From: an uncultured Alphaproteobacteria bacterium
Lineage (GTDB): Bacteria > Pseudomonadota > Alphaproteobacteria > RF32 > CAG-239
Assembly: GCA_934271195.1 (NCBI GenBank)
Contig: CAKQRB010000052.1
Location: 4,352-68,351 of the forward strand
DNA length: 64,000 nucleotides
Direction: 5' to 3'
Below the pieces are notes generated by a model that ran no database searches, was not told the DNA's origin, and saw nothing but the letters and a program-made list of their open reading frames with translations. How positions within the stretch are numbered: position 1 is the first letter of the stretch; every line of letters begins with the position of its first letter. Shown here piece after piece: positions 28,790 to 38,617 of this stretch. A program made the translations under genes and the position numbers.

Positions 28790-29046
28790 TCTGATGAAAT
28801 AAAAAAACTTTTATCCTCTTTTTTCCTTTTATTTCTCTCCGTCCTCTTCCCCTTTCCCTATCTTGCCTCTTTTTTATTCTTCATTATTTTTCTCTTTCTT
28901 CTTCTCTTATCTCTCCGCTTTCGCCATTCTGCTTCTCTCATCATTCCAATTAACCAAAGTCCCCACGGCTTTCTTCACCTGTTATCCCAAACCCTGCTCG
29001 ACTTTTTATTGCATGTCAAATTTTGCACTTCTTTATGCTGTAGTAT
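28790..29046 (+). repeat. Polypyrimidine tract plus degenerate promoter, copy 3 of the cassette (orphan/decayed)
   Basis: CT-rich plus strand (about 28790-29000) ending in …ccaaagtcccc…cccaaaccctgc…ttgcatgtcaaattttgcacttctttatgctgTAGTAT. This aligns with the …ccaaaatcccc…gcccaaaatttc…tttgacattatcgtttctttatgaTATACT of copies 1 and 2, with indels in the spacer. No intact downstream gene. Confidence 0.6.
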
Positions 29047-29329
29047 CCGAATTGTCACCTGCAAGCCGGATGGCGCCGGTTTTATGCGGTGTCTTAAACT
29101 CCGTATTGCTCTGGCGGAATGTATGACAAAGTATGTGCTTTGAAAGGTTTGTCATTGCCGGACTTCAAACCGGCAATTCATAAAAAAAAGAAGCAGAGTG
29201 CCGACTGTGAAACGGTTTCTCGGATCAAGTCCAAGAATGACAAGAAAAGAATTTTATTAACCGTTCTGATCTGGGCACTCTGTTGTTCAGATAAAGAAAA
29301 GAGCAACGCGCAAGCTCTTTGCAAACTTT

Positions 29330-30103
29330 TTACTTAATGTAGCGGCGAGCTTCAACCAAGTCCTCTTCCGTATCAATATCCGCAGGAGCCTCTTGAACCA
29401 GCTTCATGTTATTAATAACTTTTGCCCGAATAGTCATGCCGTTTTCAAGTGCGCGCAACTGTTCCAAAGATTCGCGCGCTTCCAAAACGCCGACAGGCAA
29501 ATCTACCATCTTGGCCAGTGAAGAAGCTTTATAAACATAAATGCCGATGTGATGATACAAATCCTGATTCTTACACTTTTCCGGATTTCGGGTAAAAGGA
29601 GCCACCGCACGGGTAAAATATAAACAACGCCCTTCCGTCTCACCGTCGCGCAATCCCATGACAATCTTAACATTTGCCGGTTTTGCAGCTTCCTCGACAG
29701 ACTCAAATACCATTCCACAAGTTGCAATATCGCACCCCGTCCGCTCAATCATCTCAATCAACTGATTATTGATGTCCGGATCCACATTAATGGCATCGCC
29801 TTGAAAATTAACCACAATATCATACTTGCTGCCATCCGGATCAATCGTCTTTAATGCAGCGGCAATACGATCAGTACCGGAAGGCAGACTCGGATCTGTC
29901 AAAATAGCCTTAGCGCCAAACTTTGTACATTCATCTAAAATCACCTGATCGCCGGCCGCCACATAAACATCACCTTTAATTGCCTTGCAAACATTTTCAT
30001 AAACACGATTAATCAGTGTCTTGCCGTTAATATCGCATAATGGTTTGTTCGGCAGGCGGGTCGAGGCCATTCTAACCGGAATCATCGTCACTATTCTGCT
30101 CAT
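29330..30103 (-). CDS. kdsB: 3-deoxy-manno-octulosonate cytidylyltransferase (CMP-KDO synthetase)
   Basis: 257 aa (MIPVRMASTRLPNKPL…). Confidence 0.9.
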   Translation of the reverse strand: MSRIVTMIPVRMASTRLPNKPLCDINGKTLINRVYENVCKAIKGDVYVAAGDQVILDECTKFGAKAILTDPSLPSGTDRIAAALKTIDPDGSKYDIVVNFQGDAINVDPDINNQLIEMIERTGCDIATCGMVFESVEEAAKPANVKIVMGLRDGETEGRCLYFTRAVAPFTRNPEKCKNQDLYHHIGIYVYKASSLAKMVDLPVGVLEARESLEQLRALENGMTIRAKVINNMKLVQEAPADIDTEEDLVEARRYIK

Positions 30104-30181
30104 CTAAAAAATCTCCGTAAAAGGTTATTGCTAATACGGCATTTATATATTATAACAAGCAAAAAATAAAGGATTAGATAC

Positions 30182-31267
30182 ATGAAAGTGGATATTTTTG
30201 ATTTTGACCTCGACCGCAGCCTGATTGCCAAAGAGCCTGTCTCTCCGCGAGATACCTCTCGTCTGCTTGATTTATCGCAGAAAGATCGGATTTCCGACCG
30301 TCATTTTTATGACTTGCCACAGCTTTTAAATGAAGGAGACGTGCTGGTTTTTAATGACACTAAAGTCATTCCGGCCCGTTTATACGGCCGCCATGGCGAA
30401 GCTTTGGTTGAAGTCACGCTGTACCGTCCGGTTGACGGCATCTGCTGGTGGAGCTTTATCAAAAATTCCAAACGCTTAAAACCCGGTAGCACGGTCAGCT
30501 TTTACACTTCCGAAATCTCTGCCGAAAAGTCTGACTTTACCGCCGAAGTCATTGAAAAACAAGACGAAGACGGAACACTTTTAAAATTTAACTGTGACCC
30601 GTCGCAACTCGGGCATTTGCTGGAAAAATACGGTTCCATGCCGCTGCCGCCTTATATCAAACGTGAAAAACCGGCCGCTGACGGTATCTGGGACAAATAC
30701 AACGATAAAGAAAACTATCAGACGGTCTATGCCAGACACGAAGGCGCCGTTGCTGCCCCGACAGCCGGCCTGCATTTTACCGACCGAGTTTTGCAGGCAA
30801 TTGAAGAAAAAGGCGTGAAAAAAGTATTTCTGACCTTGCATGTCGGCGCCGGAACTTTTCTTCCGGTCAAAACGGACGATACCCAAGACCACAAAATGCA
30901 CGCCGAATACGGCATCATTACCCAAGAAGCCGCTGATACAATCAATGCCGCCAAAGCTGCCGGCAAAAACATCATTGCTGTCGGCACTACTTCGCTCCGC
31001 CTGTTGGAAAGCGCCGCGGACGAACACGGCATCTTGCATCCTTTTGCCGATGACACCAGCATTTTCATCACGCCGGGATACAAGTTCAAAATGATTGATT
31101 ATCTGGTCACAAATTTTCACCTGCCGAAATCTACTTTGTTTATGCTGGTCTGTGCCGTAGCCGGCCTCGACCGAATGAAGCAGGGATATGCTCATGCCAT
31201 TGCAGAAAAATACCGTTTTTATTCTTACGGCGACAGCTCTATTTTAAAATGTGTAAATAAAATTTAA
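30182..31267 (+). CDS. queA: S-adenosylmethionine:tRNA ribosyltransferase-isomerase QueA
   Basis: 361 aa (MKVDIFDFDLDRSLIAKEPVSPRD…). Confidence 0.9.
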   Translation: MKVDIFDFDLDRSLIAKEPVSPRDTSRLLDLSQKDRISDRHFYDLPQLLNEGDVLVFNDTKVIPARLYGRHGEALVEVTLYRPVDGICWWSFIKNSKRLKPGSTVSFYTSEISAEKSDFTAEVIEKQDEDGTLLKFNCDPSQLGHLLEKYGSMPLPPYIKREKPAADGIWDKYNDKENYQTVYARHEGAVAAPTAGLHFTDRVLQAIEEKGVKKVFLTLHVGAGTFLPVKTDDTQDHKMHAEYGIITQEAADTINAAKAAGKNIIAVGTTSLRLLESAADEHGILHPFADDTSIFITPGYKFKMIDYLVTNFHLPKSTLFMLVCAVAGLDRMKQGYAHAIAEKYRFYSYGDSSILKCVNKI

Positions 31268-31312
31268 ACTTTCCGCCACTATACTTTTTTCCTGAAGACC
31301 AAGGAGAAAAAC

Positions 31313-32485
31313 GTGCCAAAATTTGCTTTGATTTTAGATAAAATAATTCCGCTGATACGCAATATGCTGATTCCGGCCTTGTTGTTTGGCGGCGGACTGA
31401 TTTATTTTTTTGCCGCAGAAGAAATTCCACACGCCTCACAACTGACCCTGCACCATCTTTTTTATGCCGCGTCCTGCCTCAGCTTTCTGATTTTGCTTTA
31501 TTTTCGCAAAGGCATTGCCGTTTTCTTCATCCTGACCGGCGCTGTCAGTTATGTCTTAATCAACTATATCAAGATCACCAATCCGGCGGCTTTTCGCGAA
31601 AGCGTTGATTTCGTCAACTTGAGTGTTTTCATCCCGCTTAATTTGATAATTTTTTATTTCTGGCCGCAAAAACAGCTCTTAAAAAAGAAAAACATCTATT
31701 TGTTGCTGCTTATTTTTGCACAGTTTTCTATTGGCGAACACCTGCACAAATATAATATTGCCCTGAACTATACCCCTTTTTCCGCCAATGACAATTTATG
31801 CTTTTTAAGCTACCTGATATTTTTCGGCGCGTTGTTTTCTTTTTTCTGGAAAGCCGTCAACACCGGTAAAATTTATGATTATGCCCTGTTTTTTGCCGCC
31901 GCCGACATTTTCTTCGGCTTTTACTATGCCGACAGCACAACGGCTCTGACCTTGTTCTACAGCCTCTCCGGCATCACAATTTTAATCGCCACTATTTTAT
32001 ACATTTACACAGACACCTACAAAGACGAACTGACCGGATTTTCAAGCCGCAGCGCCTTTATGCTGCAATACCGGAACTTTCCGCTCAAATACAGCCTTGC
32101 CGTTGCCAAGATTGACAACTACATCTCGCTCAAAAACGCCTTTCGCCGCCGTGGTCTGAACAAGCTGATGAAGATGATAGCCCTGCGCATTAACGCCTGC
32201 GAAACCGAAGCCGTAATTTATCGTTACGGTGAAGACGAACTGGTTATTATTTTTAAAAACGAAGACAAAAACAATGCTTATAACAAGATGGAACAAATCC
32301 GCCGTTCCATCGCTTCGGCCTCATTCATGATGTCAAACTTCAAAAAGCCGGTAAAACTGACGCTGACCACCAGTGTAACCGAAAAAAAACGCAGTGATGC
32401 CACTGCGTTGGAAACCCTTGCCAGAACCTATAAGGCCTTGCAGGAAACAATCAAATTCAGCCAGAACGTGACCTCTAAGCTTTAA
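31313..32485 (+). CDS. Membrane protein with a C-terminal degenerate GGDEF (diguanylate-cyclase-like) domain
   Basis: About 8 TM helices in the N-terminus. The C-terminus matches the GGDEF fold landmarks (DELTGFSSRSAF… / LAVAKIDNYISLKNAF… / RYGEDELVIIF in place of RYGGDEF), so it is probably catalytically inactive. Confidence 0.6.
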   Translation: MPKFALILDKIIPLIRNMLIPALLFGGGLIYFFAAEEIPHASQLTLHHLFYAASCLSFLILLYFRKGIAVFFILTGAVSYVLINYIKITNPAAFRESVDFVNLSVFIPLNLIIFYFWPQKQLLKKKNIYLLLLIFAQFSIGEHLHKYNIALNYTPFSANDNLCFLSYLIFFGALFSFFWKAVNTGKIYDYALFFAAADIFFGFYYADSTTALTLFYSLSGITILIATILYIYTDTYKDELTGFSSRSAFMLQYRNFPLKYSLAVAKIDNYISLKNAFRRRGLNKLMKMIALRINACETEAVIYRYGEDELVIIFKNEDKNNAYNKMEQIRRSIASASFMMSNFKKPVKLTLTTSVTEKKRSDATALETLARTYKALQETIKFSQNVTSKL

Positions 32486-33275
32486 GCTTCTGCCGCCAGA
32501 CCAGCCACAATACCATAGTGCCAAGCATAACCAGCGGCAGAGATAAAATCTGCCCCATCGTCAGATGAAAAAAGAAAAACCCCATATGTGCATCCGGCTC
32601 GCGAAATTGCTCCATTAAAATCCGAAAACAACCATACAACAAAACAAACATTGCCGACACCGTCCCCTTATGCTCGCGAACCGGCTTATACCGCCACAGC
32701 AGATTCAGCACAATAAACATCACAATGCCCTCAAAAAACGCCTCATACAACTGCGAAGGATGCCGCGGCAGCCCGCCTCCGTTCGGAAAACGCACCGCCC
32801 ACGGAACATCTGTCACCCGTCCCCACAATTCGTCATTAACAAAATTTGCTAACCTGCCTAAAAAGATTCCGATTGGAGCATATAAAACAACCAAATCCGT
32901 CACACCGAGAAAAGGATACTTCACCTTACGGGCAAACATATAAGCCGCTGCCGCCACACCGGCCGCCCCTCCGTGAAAAGACATTCCGCCTTTCCATATT
33001 TCTAATATCTGCAAAGGATTATGCCAAAAGGAAGATGTTCCGTAAAACAAAACATACCCCAGCCGGCCGCCGATAATAATCCCCAGTGTCATATAAAAAA
33101 CCAAATCTTCAATATCGGTTTTTGTCAGCGGCAGATTATTTTTCTTAATATTACAGTTAACCAGAAACCAGGCAATAAGTATGCCTGCCAGATAAGCCAT
33201 TGAGTACCAGCGGATTACCAAAGGTCCGACAGAAAAAATAATTGGCGAGATTGCGGGATATTCCAAACCAGTCAT
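32475..33275 (-). CDS. lgt: Prolipoprotein diacylglyceryl transferase Lgt
   Basis: Multi-TM protein. N-terminus MTGLEYPAISPIIFSVGPLVIRWYSMAYLAG is typical of Lgt. Start placed at that Met; the ORF track extends to 33338. Confidence 0.85.
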   Translation of the reverse strand: MTGLEYPAISPIIFSVGPLVIRWYSMAYLAGILIAWFLVNCNIKKNNLPLTKTDIEDLVFYMTLGIIIGGRLGYVLFYGTSSFWHNPLQILEIWKGGMSFHGGAAGVAAAAYMFARKVKYPFLGVTDLVVLYAPIGIFLGRLANFVNDELWGRVTDVPWAVRFPNGGGLPRHPSQLYEAFFEGIVMFIVLNLLWRYKPVREHKGTVSAMFVLLYGCFRILMEQFREPDAHMGFFFFHLTMGQILSLPLVMLGTMVLWLVWRQKLKA

Positions 33276-33503
33276 AAACAAATCCTCTTCAAAAAATAAA
33301 TTTGTTAATACTATATTAAAATAAAATAAAATATCCACACTAAAAAAAATTAAAAATTTTATATAGGTTCAGAAGATTGATTTTCAAAGAAAACATGTCT
33401 TAAAAAATTTTTTCCGACTCGATGAAAGTGGAAAACTCCGCCATCGGGGTTGTAAGAAACGACTCGCAAAGGCAATATGGATTCATAAAAAAATTTCGGA
33501 GTA

Positions 33504-34010
33504 ATGACAACAATGCAATTGGCGAAGAATCTGCCTTTATCTTACAATCCCATTGATGTGGTCGAAAATATCTTCTCCGCTCAGTCCTTTGAGCTCGACC
33601 GCCGCAACCTGAATGAAGTAGTCATTGAGGTTCAGGGCAAATGGAACAACATGCTTTTATTTTTTGCCTGGGAAGCTAACATGCGCTGCCTTCACTTATC
33701 CTGCCTGATGGATATTGAAAGCGCCATCGAAGACCGCAGCAAAATTTTTGAACTTCTCGCTCTGGCAAACGAAGAACTCTGGGTCGGCCACTTTTCATAC
33801 TGGGCCGAACAAAATATGCCGGTATTCAAACACTCTATTATTCTTGACGAAACTGAGGAAAGTTTTGAAGGCAAAATACAACAGATTATTGAAATCGCCG
33901 TCAAAGAGTGCGAGCGCCTGTATCCGGTTTTCAAAGTCGTGCTGACCAAAGGCATGGATCCCAAACGCGCATTGTATCCGATGTTAATGGAAACTATGGG
34001 CGAAGCCTGA
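33504..34010 (+). CDS. YbjN-family (T3SS-chaperone-like fold) protein
   Basis: 168 aa soluble protein. Motif resemblance to E. coli YbjN (…CLHLSCLMDIESAIEDRSKIF…). Assigned from memory of the family. Confidence 0.45.
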   Translation: MTTMQLAKNLPLSYNPIDVVENIFSAQSFELDRRNLNEVVIEVQGKWNNMLLFFAWEANMRCLHLSCLMDIESAIEDRSKIFELLALANEELWVGHFSYWAEQNMPVFKHSIILDETEESFEGKIQQIIEIAVKECERLYPVFKVVLTKGMDPKRALYPMLMETMGEA

Positions 34011-34017
34011 AAGTTAA

Positions 34018-34045
34018 AGCGGAGGAACAATCCTCCGTTTTTTTA
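34018..34045 (+). terminator. Rho-independent terminator
   Basis: CGGAGGA-acaa-TCCTCCG followed by TTTTTTT, 8 nt after the stop. Confidence 0.75.
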
Positions 34046-34425
34046 TACCGGCCGCAAGACGCCGATCCGTCACTGTTACAGCCTCCTGCAAAAGCGTTAG
34101 AAGACGTGCAAAGAGGGAAAAGCAAAGGAGATTTTGGTTAATTAGAATAATAGGAGCGTGGAATGAGAAAAAAGAGGAAAGAAAATAAAAAAATGCACCG
34201 GAATAATCCGGCGCATTTTTCAATTCTACTTTCCTCTCGTCCCTTTTCTCGGAACATTTTGAGAGATTTTAACTCTCTGTTCGGCAGAAATTCTGCTCCT
34301 GTCAGCTTCTACCAATTTTTGAGAAGTTCTTCTCGGAGCCAAAATCTGCATCGGTTTGGCCAAAACACCAAACTTTCGGGCAATTTTTTTTAGTTTTTCT
34401 AACATACTCTTAAATTTTAAGATTA

Positions 34426-34959
34426 TTAATATTCACAATAAACCATCTCATCAATATAAATGATATCACCATTTTGAGTACAAGTACAGATAACCTTGTC
34501 ACCCGCGCTCAATTTCTGAAGATAATAAGGAATTGCGCCATACGGCGGCAAATACCTCCCGACAATTTCTTCTTCTTCATCAAACAGAACCAAAATGGTA
34601 TTCGTACCTCGAACCAAAACTGTTCCGACACGTTCATCACCAAACACATAATCAGGAAAACGCGTCTTCAAATACCGAAAACTCAAAGAAAAACTTTTTT
34701 CCGGATCCCATCGGGTTGCAGCCTGAGGCTTATAAACAAGTTCCACCTTGTCCCCGATTTTAAACTGAGATCCAATTCCGGCAAGCGAACCAAGAACAAC
34801 CTTGCAATTTCCTCCCCTGAGCAAATCAATTGATAAGCTATCAGGAGCGCTGCTTATTTCATAAATTGTACCTTCAAAAATTTCCCCAGCCTTATATATC
34901 GGCGCATAGCATGTCAGGCACTTATGCTCCAACATCCTATATTTCATGTTTTTTTGCAT
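34426..34959 (-). CDS. Hypothetical protein
   Basis: 177 aa soluble ORF with no recognisable motifs. Downstream of the ACP-like gene pair and the small membrane protein. Confidence 0.45.
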   Translation of the reverse strand: MQKNMKYRMLEHKCLTCYAPIYKAGEIFEGTIYEISSAPDSLSIDLLRGGNCKVVLGSLAGIGSQFKIGDKVELVYKPQAATRWDPEKSFSLSFRYLKTRFPDYVFGDERVGTVLVRGTNTILVLFDEEEEIVGRYLPPYGAIPYYLQKLSAGDKVICTCTQNGDIIYIDEMVYCEY

Positions 34960-34974
34960 ATCATATCAATAAGA

Positions 34975-35403
34975 TTAATGTTTATAAAAATTCCAGATTT
35001 TAATCCACCAGCTGATTACCATAAGAACAATTATGACAAGCACAAGCCAGTCGCTCTTAAACAGTAGATAAGCCCAAATAGCAATCAGAGTAGCTCCCCA
35101 TAACAGCAGATAAATCAATCTGCGGCGATAAAAAGCCCTTACAGTCTCAAACAATGCATAACCGGCCATCAATGCCAATATAATTTCATTGCCTTCCAGC
35201 TGTTTGGCAGCAAGTACCCACAAAGTCAGAGCCATAAAACCAAAAACAATCACATTGCTGAGCAACTCATACTTTTTGATTTTTCGGGAATAATACACTG
35301 ACATACGCCGGACGTATTCCTTCTTCAATTCCCCGATTTTTCGGGTAAAAAACAGACCGGATGCCGTCAATAGCATCAGGATTGTCCACCAAATGATATT
35401 CAT
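34975..35403 (-). CDS. Hypothetical membrane protein (4 predicted TM helices)
   Basis: 142 aa hydrophobic ORF. 17 nt downstream of ACP-like gene 1. Confidence 0.45.
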   Translation of the reverse strand: MNIIWWTILMLLTASGLFFTRKIGELKKEYVRRMSVYYSRKIKKYELLSNVIVFGFMALTLWVLAAKQLEGNEIILALMAGYALFETVRAFYRRRLIYLLLWGATLIAIWAYLLFKSDWLVLVIIVLMVISWWIKIWNFYKH

Positions 35404-35420
35404 AAGTTAATAATTAAAAT

Positions 35421-35723
35421 TTATGCAACCTTCAAAACCTCACATATCGTCTGATAAGAATCAGAAACAATCTTCCATTTTTCTACCTTGGTATCATCCA
35501 ACCGCGGCAGAGAAAAAGATTTTTCAATATCCATCGCCAGTTCAATCCTGTCCAATGAATCCATGCACAAATCATCACAAAAATTACTGTCCATAGTCAC
35601 ACACTCGTCGCTGGCTTTTAGATTTTTCAATCTTTCAGAATCTTTCCAATCCTGACTCAGCTGTTTGTTAACTCTTTGGGCAATAATTCCCAACAATCTG
35701 CTTTTAATCTCATCTTTATCCAT
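35421..35723 (-). CDS. Acyl-carrier-protein-like protein 1 (phosphopantetheine-attachment DSL motif)
   Basis: Start set at the internal Met (MDKDEIKSRLLGIIAQ…), giving about 100 aa. DDLCMDSLDRIELAMDIEKSF matches the ACP DSL consensus (canonical acpP here has [21 protein letters not shown]). The long N-terminal extension in the ORF track is probably not translated. Confidence 0.6.
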   Translation of the reverse strand: MDKDEIKSRLLGIIAQRVNKQLSQDWKDSERLKNLKASDECVTMDSNFCDDLCMDSLDRIELAMDIEKSFSLPRLDDTKVEKWKIVSDSYQTICEVLKVA

Positions 35724-35832
35724 AATCTTAAATGAATTTAATATGTTAAACAATAATAATAACTTCATAATTTTTTGTATAAGAAAATATACACCATTTT
35801 CGCAAATTACACAAGATGTTTTTTCGTCCAAA

Positions 35833-35862
35833 TACAAAAAAAATGCGGCACAAAGCCGCATT
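35833..35862 (-). terminator. Rho-independent terminator after ACP-like gene 2
   Basis: On the minus strand: ATGCGGC-tttgt-GCCGCAT followed by TTTTTTTT. Immediately after the stop at 35866. Confidence 0.7.
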
Positions 35863-35865
35863 TTC

Positions 35866-36201
35866 CTAATCAAGGTCAAAAACCTCGGAAAGTTTGACGT
35901 CAGAATCCTTATTTTTCAAATATTCCAAAATATCGGCCAAAGTATAAAAGCGCTCCGCTTCATCGTCGGCAATCCGAATATCAAAAATTCTTTCAATATC
36001 CATCACCAGCTGCACCTTATCTAATGAATCCATACCCAGATCATTTTCAAAACTCGTCTCCGGAGTCAGTGTTTTTACCTCTTTGGCTCCGCCGCGATAA
36101 ACAATAAGCGATGCCAGCAAATAAAACCACTCATTCGGAATTCTGTTCTCCCGTAAATACTTTTGAACACTTTCCGGCAAATAAAAACTTAAAATCTCCA
36201 T
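35866..36201 (-). CDS. Acyl-carrier-protein-like protein 2, with an N-terminal extension of about 35 aa
   Basis: 111 aa. NDLGMDSLDKVQLVMDIERIF matches the ACP DSL motif. It has its own terminator. Confidence 0.6.
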   Translation of the reverse strand: MEILSFYLPESVQKYLRENRIPNEWFYLLASLIVYRGGAKEVKTLTPETSFENDLGMDSLDKVQLVMDIERIFDIRIADDEAERFYTLADILEYLKNKDSDVKLSEVFDLD

Positions 36202-36280
36202 AATGATAACTTTTTATATTACATAATAATCTTTTATAATGCTTCCTTATACTCTAATCCATTAATTTTTGTCAATAAGT

Positions 36281-37231
36281 TTATTTATTTTTCTGTCGCC
36301 AAATCTTCACGTTCCGGTTATGATCATTAAGGGAAGTTGCAAAATTATGCCCGCCGTCACCGCTGGCTACAAAATACAGATAATCGCTATCTGCCGGATG
36401 AGCGGCAGCCCTGATAGCTTCTGCCCCCGGATTACAAATCGGTGTCGGTGGCAAGCCATAGTATTTATACGTATTATACGGGCTGTCCGTTCCCAAATCT
36501 TTTTTCAAAAGCGGCCGTCCCAAATCCCGTTCACCTTTTGTCAGAGCATAGATTACTGTCGGATCCGTCTGCAATTTCATTCCTTTCCTCAGACGATTGA
36601 CAAAAACCGAAGCTACCTGCGGACGTTCCGCCTTCACCCCCGTTTCTTTTTCAACTACCGAAGCTAAAATCAGCAATTCCTGCGGCGATTTCAACGGCAG
36701 ACCGGCAGCTCGGTTTTCCCATTCTTCTGTCAAAACTTTGACCATTGCCCGCTTTGCCCTGACAATAATCGAATTTCGGCTGTCTCCATAGGTAAAGCTG
36801 TAAGTTTCCGGCAACAGCTCGCCTTCTTTCGCCGGTTCATTGATCTCCCCCGAAAGCACAGGATTCTCTTCAAGCAGTGTCACAAACTGTGCCACGGTCA
36901 TTCCTTCGGCAAACGTTACCTTTCGATAATAAACTTCACCGGACGTTACTTTTTGGAGAGTTTCGGACAAGGACATCAGAGGCGTAAATTCATATTCTCC
37001 CGCCCGAATTCTCTTGTCTAGCCCGTTCAGTCGGCCAACCACACAAAAAAGCCACGGCTTGTCAATCACACCGGCCTGAGCCAAAAGTCGGGCAACCGTC
37101 CCCGATGTTGCCCCTCTGGGCACAATAACGGTAACAGAATCAGAAAGCGGGCCGCATTCAACAACCCACTTCCTAATTTGCAAAAGTGCAATCAGACTTA
37201 ATAATAAAGCAAAAAAGAGTGCTTTTTTCAT
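36281..37231 (-). CDS. mltG: Endolytic murein transglycosylase MltG (YceG family)
   Basis: 316 aa with an N-terminal signal anchor and a YceG-like domain. Conserved position after fabF. Confidence 0.85.
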   Translation of the reverse strand: MKKALFFALLLSLIALLQIRKWVVECGPLSDSVTVIVPRGATSGTVARLLAQAGVIDKPWLFCVVGRLNGLDKRIRAGEYEFTPLMSLSETLQKVTSGEVYYRKVTFAEGMTVAQFVTLLEENPVLSGEINEPAKEGELLPETYSFTYGDSRNSIIVRAKRAMVKVLTEEWENRAAGLPLKSPQELLILASVVEKETGVKAERPQVASVFVNRLRKGMKLQTDPTVIYALTKGERDLGRPLLKKDLGTDSPYNTYKYYGLPPTPICNPGAEAIRAAAHPADSDYLYFVASGDGGHNFATSLNDHNRNVKIWRQKNK

Positions 37232-38508
37232 TAGTCTTCAAATTTCTTGAAAATCAAAGACGAGTTTGTGCCGCCAAAACCAAATGAATTGGACATAACC
37301 GCTTTAATTTCGCGCTTTTTGGCCTTCAACGGAACCAAATCAAAACCTTCCAACTCGTCAGCCGGATTCTCCAAATTCAGTGTCGGCGGGCAAGACTGGT
37401 CTTTAATGGCCATAATGCTGTAAACAGCCTCTACGGCGCCGGCAGCCCCCAGCAGATGCCCGACGGCAGACTTGGTTGACGACATTGAAACCTTGCCAAT
37501 AAGCTCGTCACCAAACAGGCGTTTGACAGCCATAGCCTCACCGACGTCTCCAGCCGGTGTTGAAGTTCCGTGTGCATTAATATAGTTGATATCCTTCAAC
37601 TCAACCCCATACTCTTTGGCACGGTCTGCAGCCATTTTCATGGCACGGTATGCGCCGTCGCCTGACGGAGCGGTAATATGATAAGCGTCACCGCTCATAC
37701 CATAACCGACAACCTCGGCATAAATCTTGGCGCCGCGTTTTTTGGCATGTTCCAGCTCCTCAAGCACCAGAGCGCCTGAACCTTCACCCATCACAAAACC
37801 GCTGCGCTCTTTATCCCACGGACGAGAAGCTTTTTCAGGCGCATCATTAAAATCCGAAGTAACGGCCTTCATTCTGGCAAAACCGGAAAGTCCGAGAACA
37901 TTAACGGCAGATTCGGCGCCACCGGCCAACATCATGTCCGCATCGTCCATCGCAATCATTCTAGCGGCATCGCCGATTGCATGCGTACCGGTAGAACAAG
38001 CGGTTACACAAGCATGATTCGGTCCCTTCAGACCATATTTGATAGAAAGGTTACCCGATACCAGATTAATCAGGCAGGAAGGAATAAAGAACGGAGAAAT
38101 TTTCTTGACACCGTTTTCATGAAAAGAAATAGAATTGTCATAAATAACCTGCAAACCACCGATACCGGAACCCATCATAACACCGGCACGATATTTTTCT
38201 TCTTCACTGGCTGTTTCGGCATCCCAGCCGGCATCTTTCAGCGCATCTCCGCCGGCAGCCAGACCATACAAAATAAACTTGTCAACTTTCTTTTGGTCTT
38301 TGGGAGGCATTACCGTATCCGGATTAAAATCATTTTCGCCTTCGCCCCAAGGCACCTGTCCGGCAATCTGAACTGGAATATCCTTCAAATTAATATTCTC
38401 AATTTTTTTAATTCCGGATTTACCGGCCAGAATACTTTTCCAGTTATGTTCAACGCCCCTTCCTAAAGGTGAAACAATACCAAGCCCGGTAACAACAACT
38501 CTTCTCAT
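37231..38508 (-). CDS. fabF: 3-oxoacyl-ACP synthase II
   Basis: 425 aa KAS II (MRRVVVTGLGIVSPLG…, active-site Cys in …ACVTACSTGTHAIGDA…). Follows acpP. Confidence 0.95.
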   Translation of the reverse strand: MRRVVVTGLGIVSPLGRGVEHNWKSILAGKSGIKKIENINLKDIPVQIAGQVPWGEGENDFNPDTVMPPKDQKKVDKFILYGLAAGGDALKDAGWDAETASEEEKYRAGVMMGSGIGGLQVIYDNSISFHENGVKKISPFFIPSCLINLVSGNLSIKYGLKGPNHACVTACSTGTHAIGDAARMIAMDDADMMLAGGAESAVNVLGLSGFARMKAVTSDFNDAPEKASRPWDKERSGFVMGEGSGALVLEELEHAKKRGAKIYAEVVGYGMSGDAYHITAPSGDGAYRAMKMAADRAKEYGVELKDINYINAHGTSTPAGDVGEAMAVKRLFGDELIGKVSMSSTKSAVGHLLGAAGAVEAVYSIMAIKDQSCPPTLNLENPADELEGFDLVPLKAKKREIKAVMSNSFGFGGTNSSLIFKKFED

Positions 38509-38562
38509 ACATTACCTCATAAAAAATTATTAATAGTCAAAAGACACGACTACTTCTTATAT

Positions 38563-38592
38563 GAAAAAACTCGCTATAAGTCAAGCGAGTTT
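38563..38592 (-). terminator. Rho-independent terminator/attenuator between acpP and fabF
   Basis: On the minus strand: AACTCGCT-tgacttat-AGCGAGTT followed by TTTTTT. Confidence 0.65.
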
Positions 38593-38617
38593 CATCAATT
38601 CTTCAAGTCTAAACAGA

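Noticed and set aside
28863-29126. 87-aa plus-strand ORF in CT tract 3
   Set aside because: It is a Phe/Ser/Leu-rich translation of the polypyrimidine tract with no SD. Treated as non-coding remnant.
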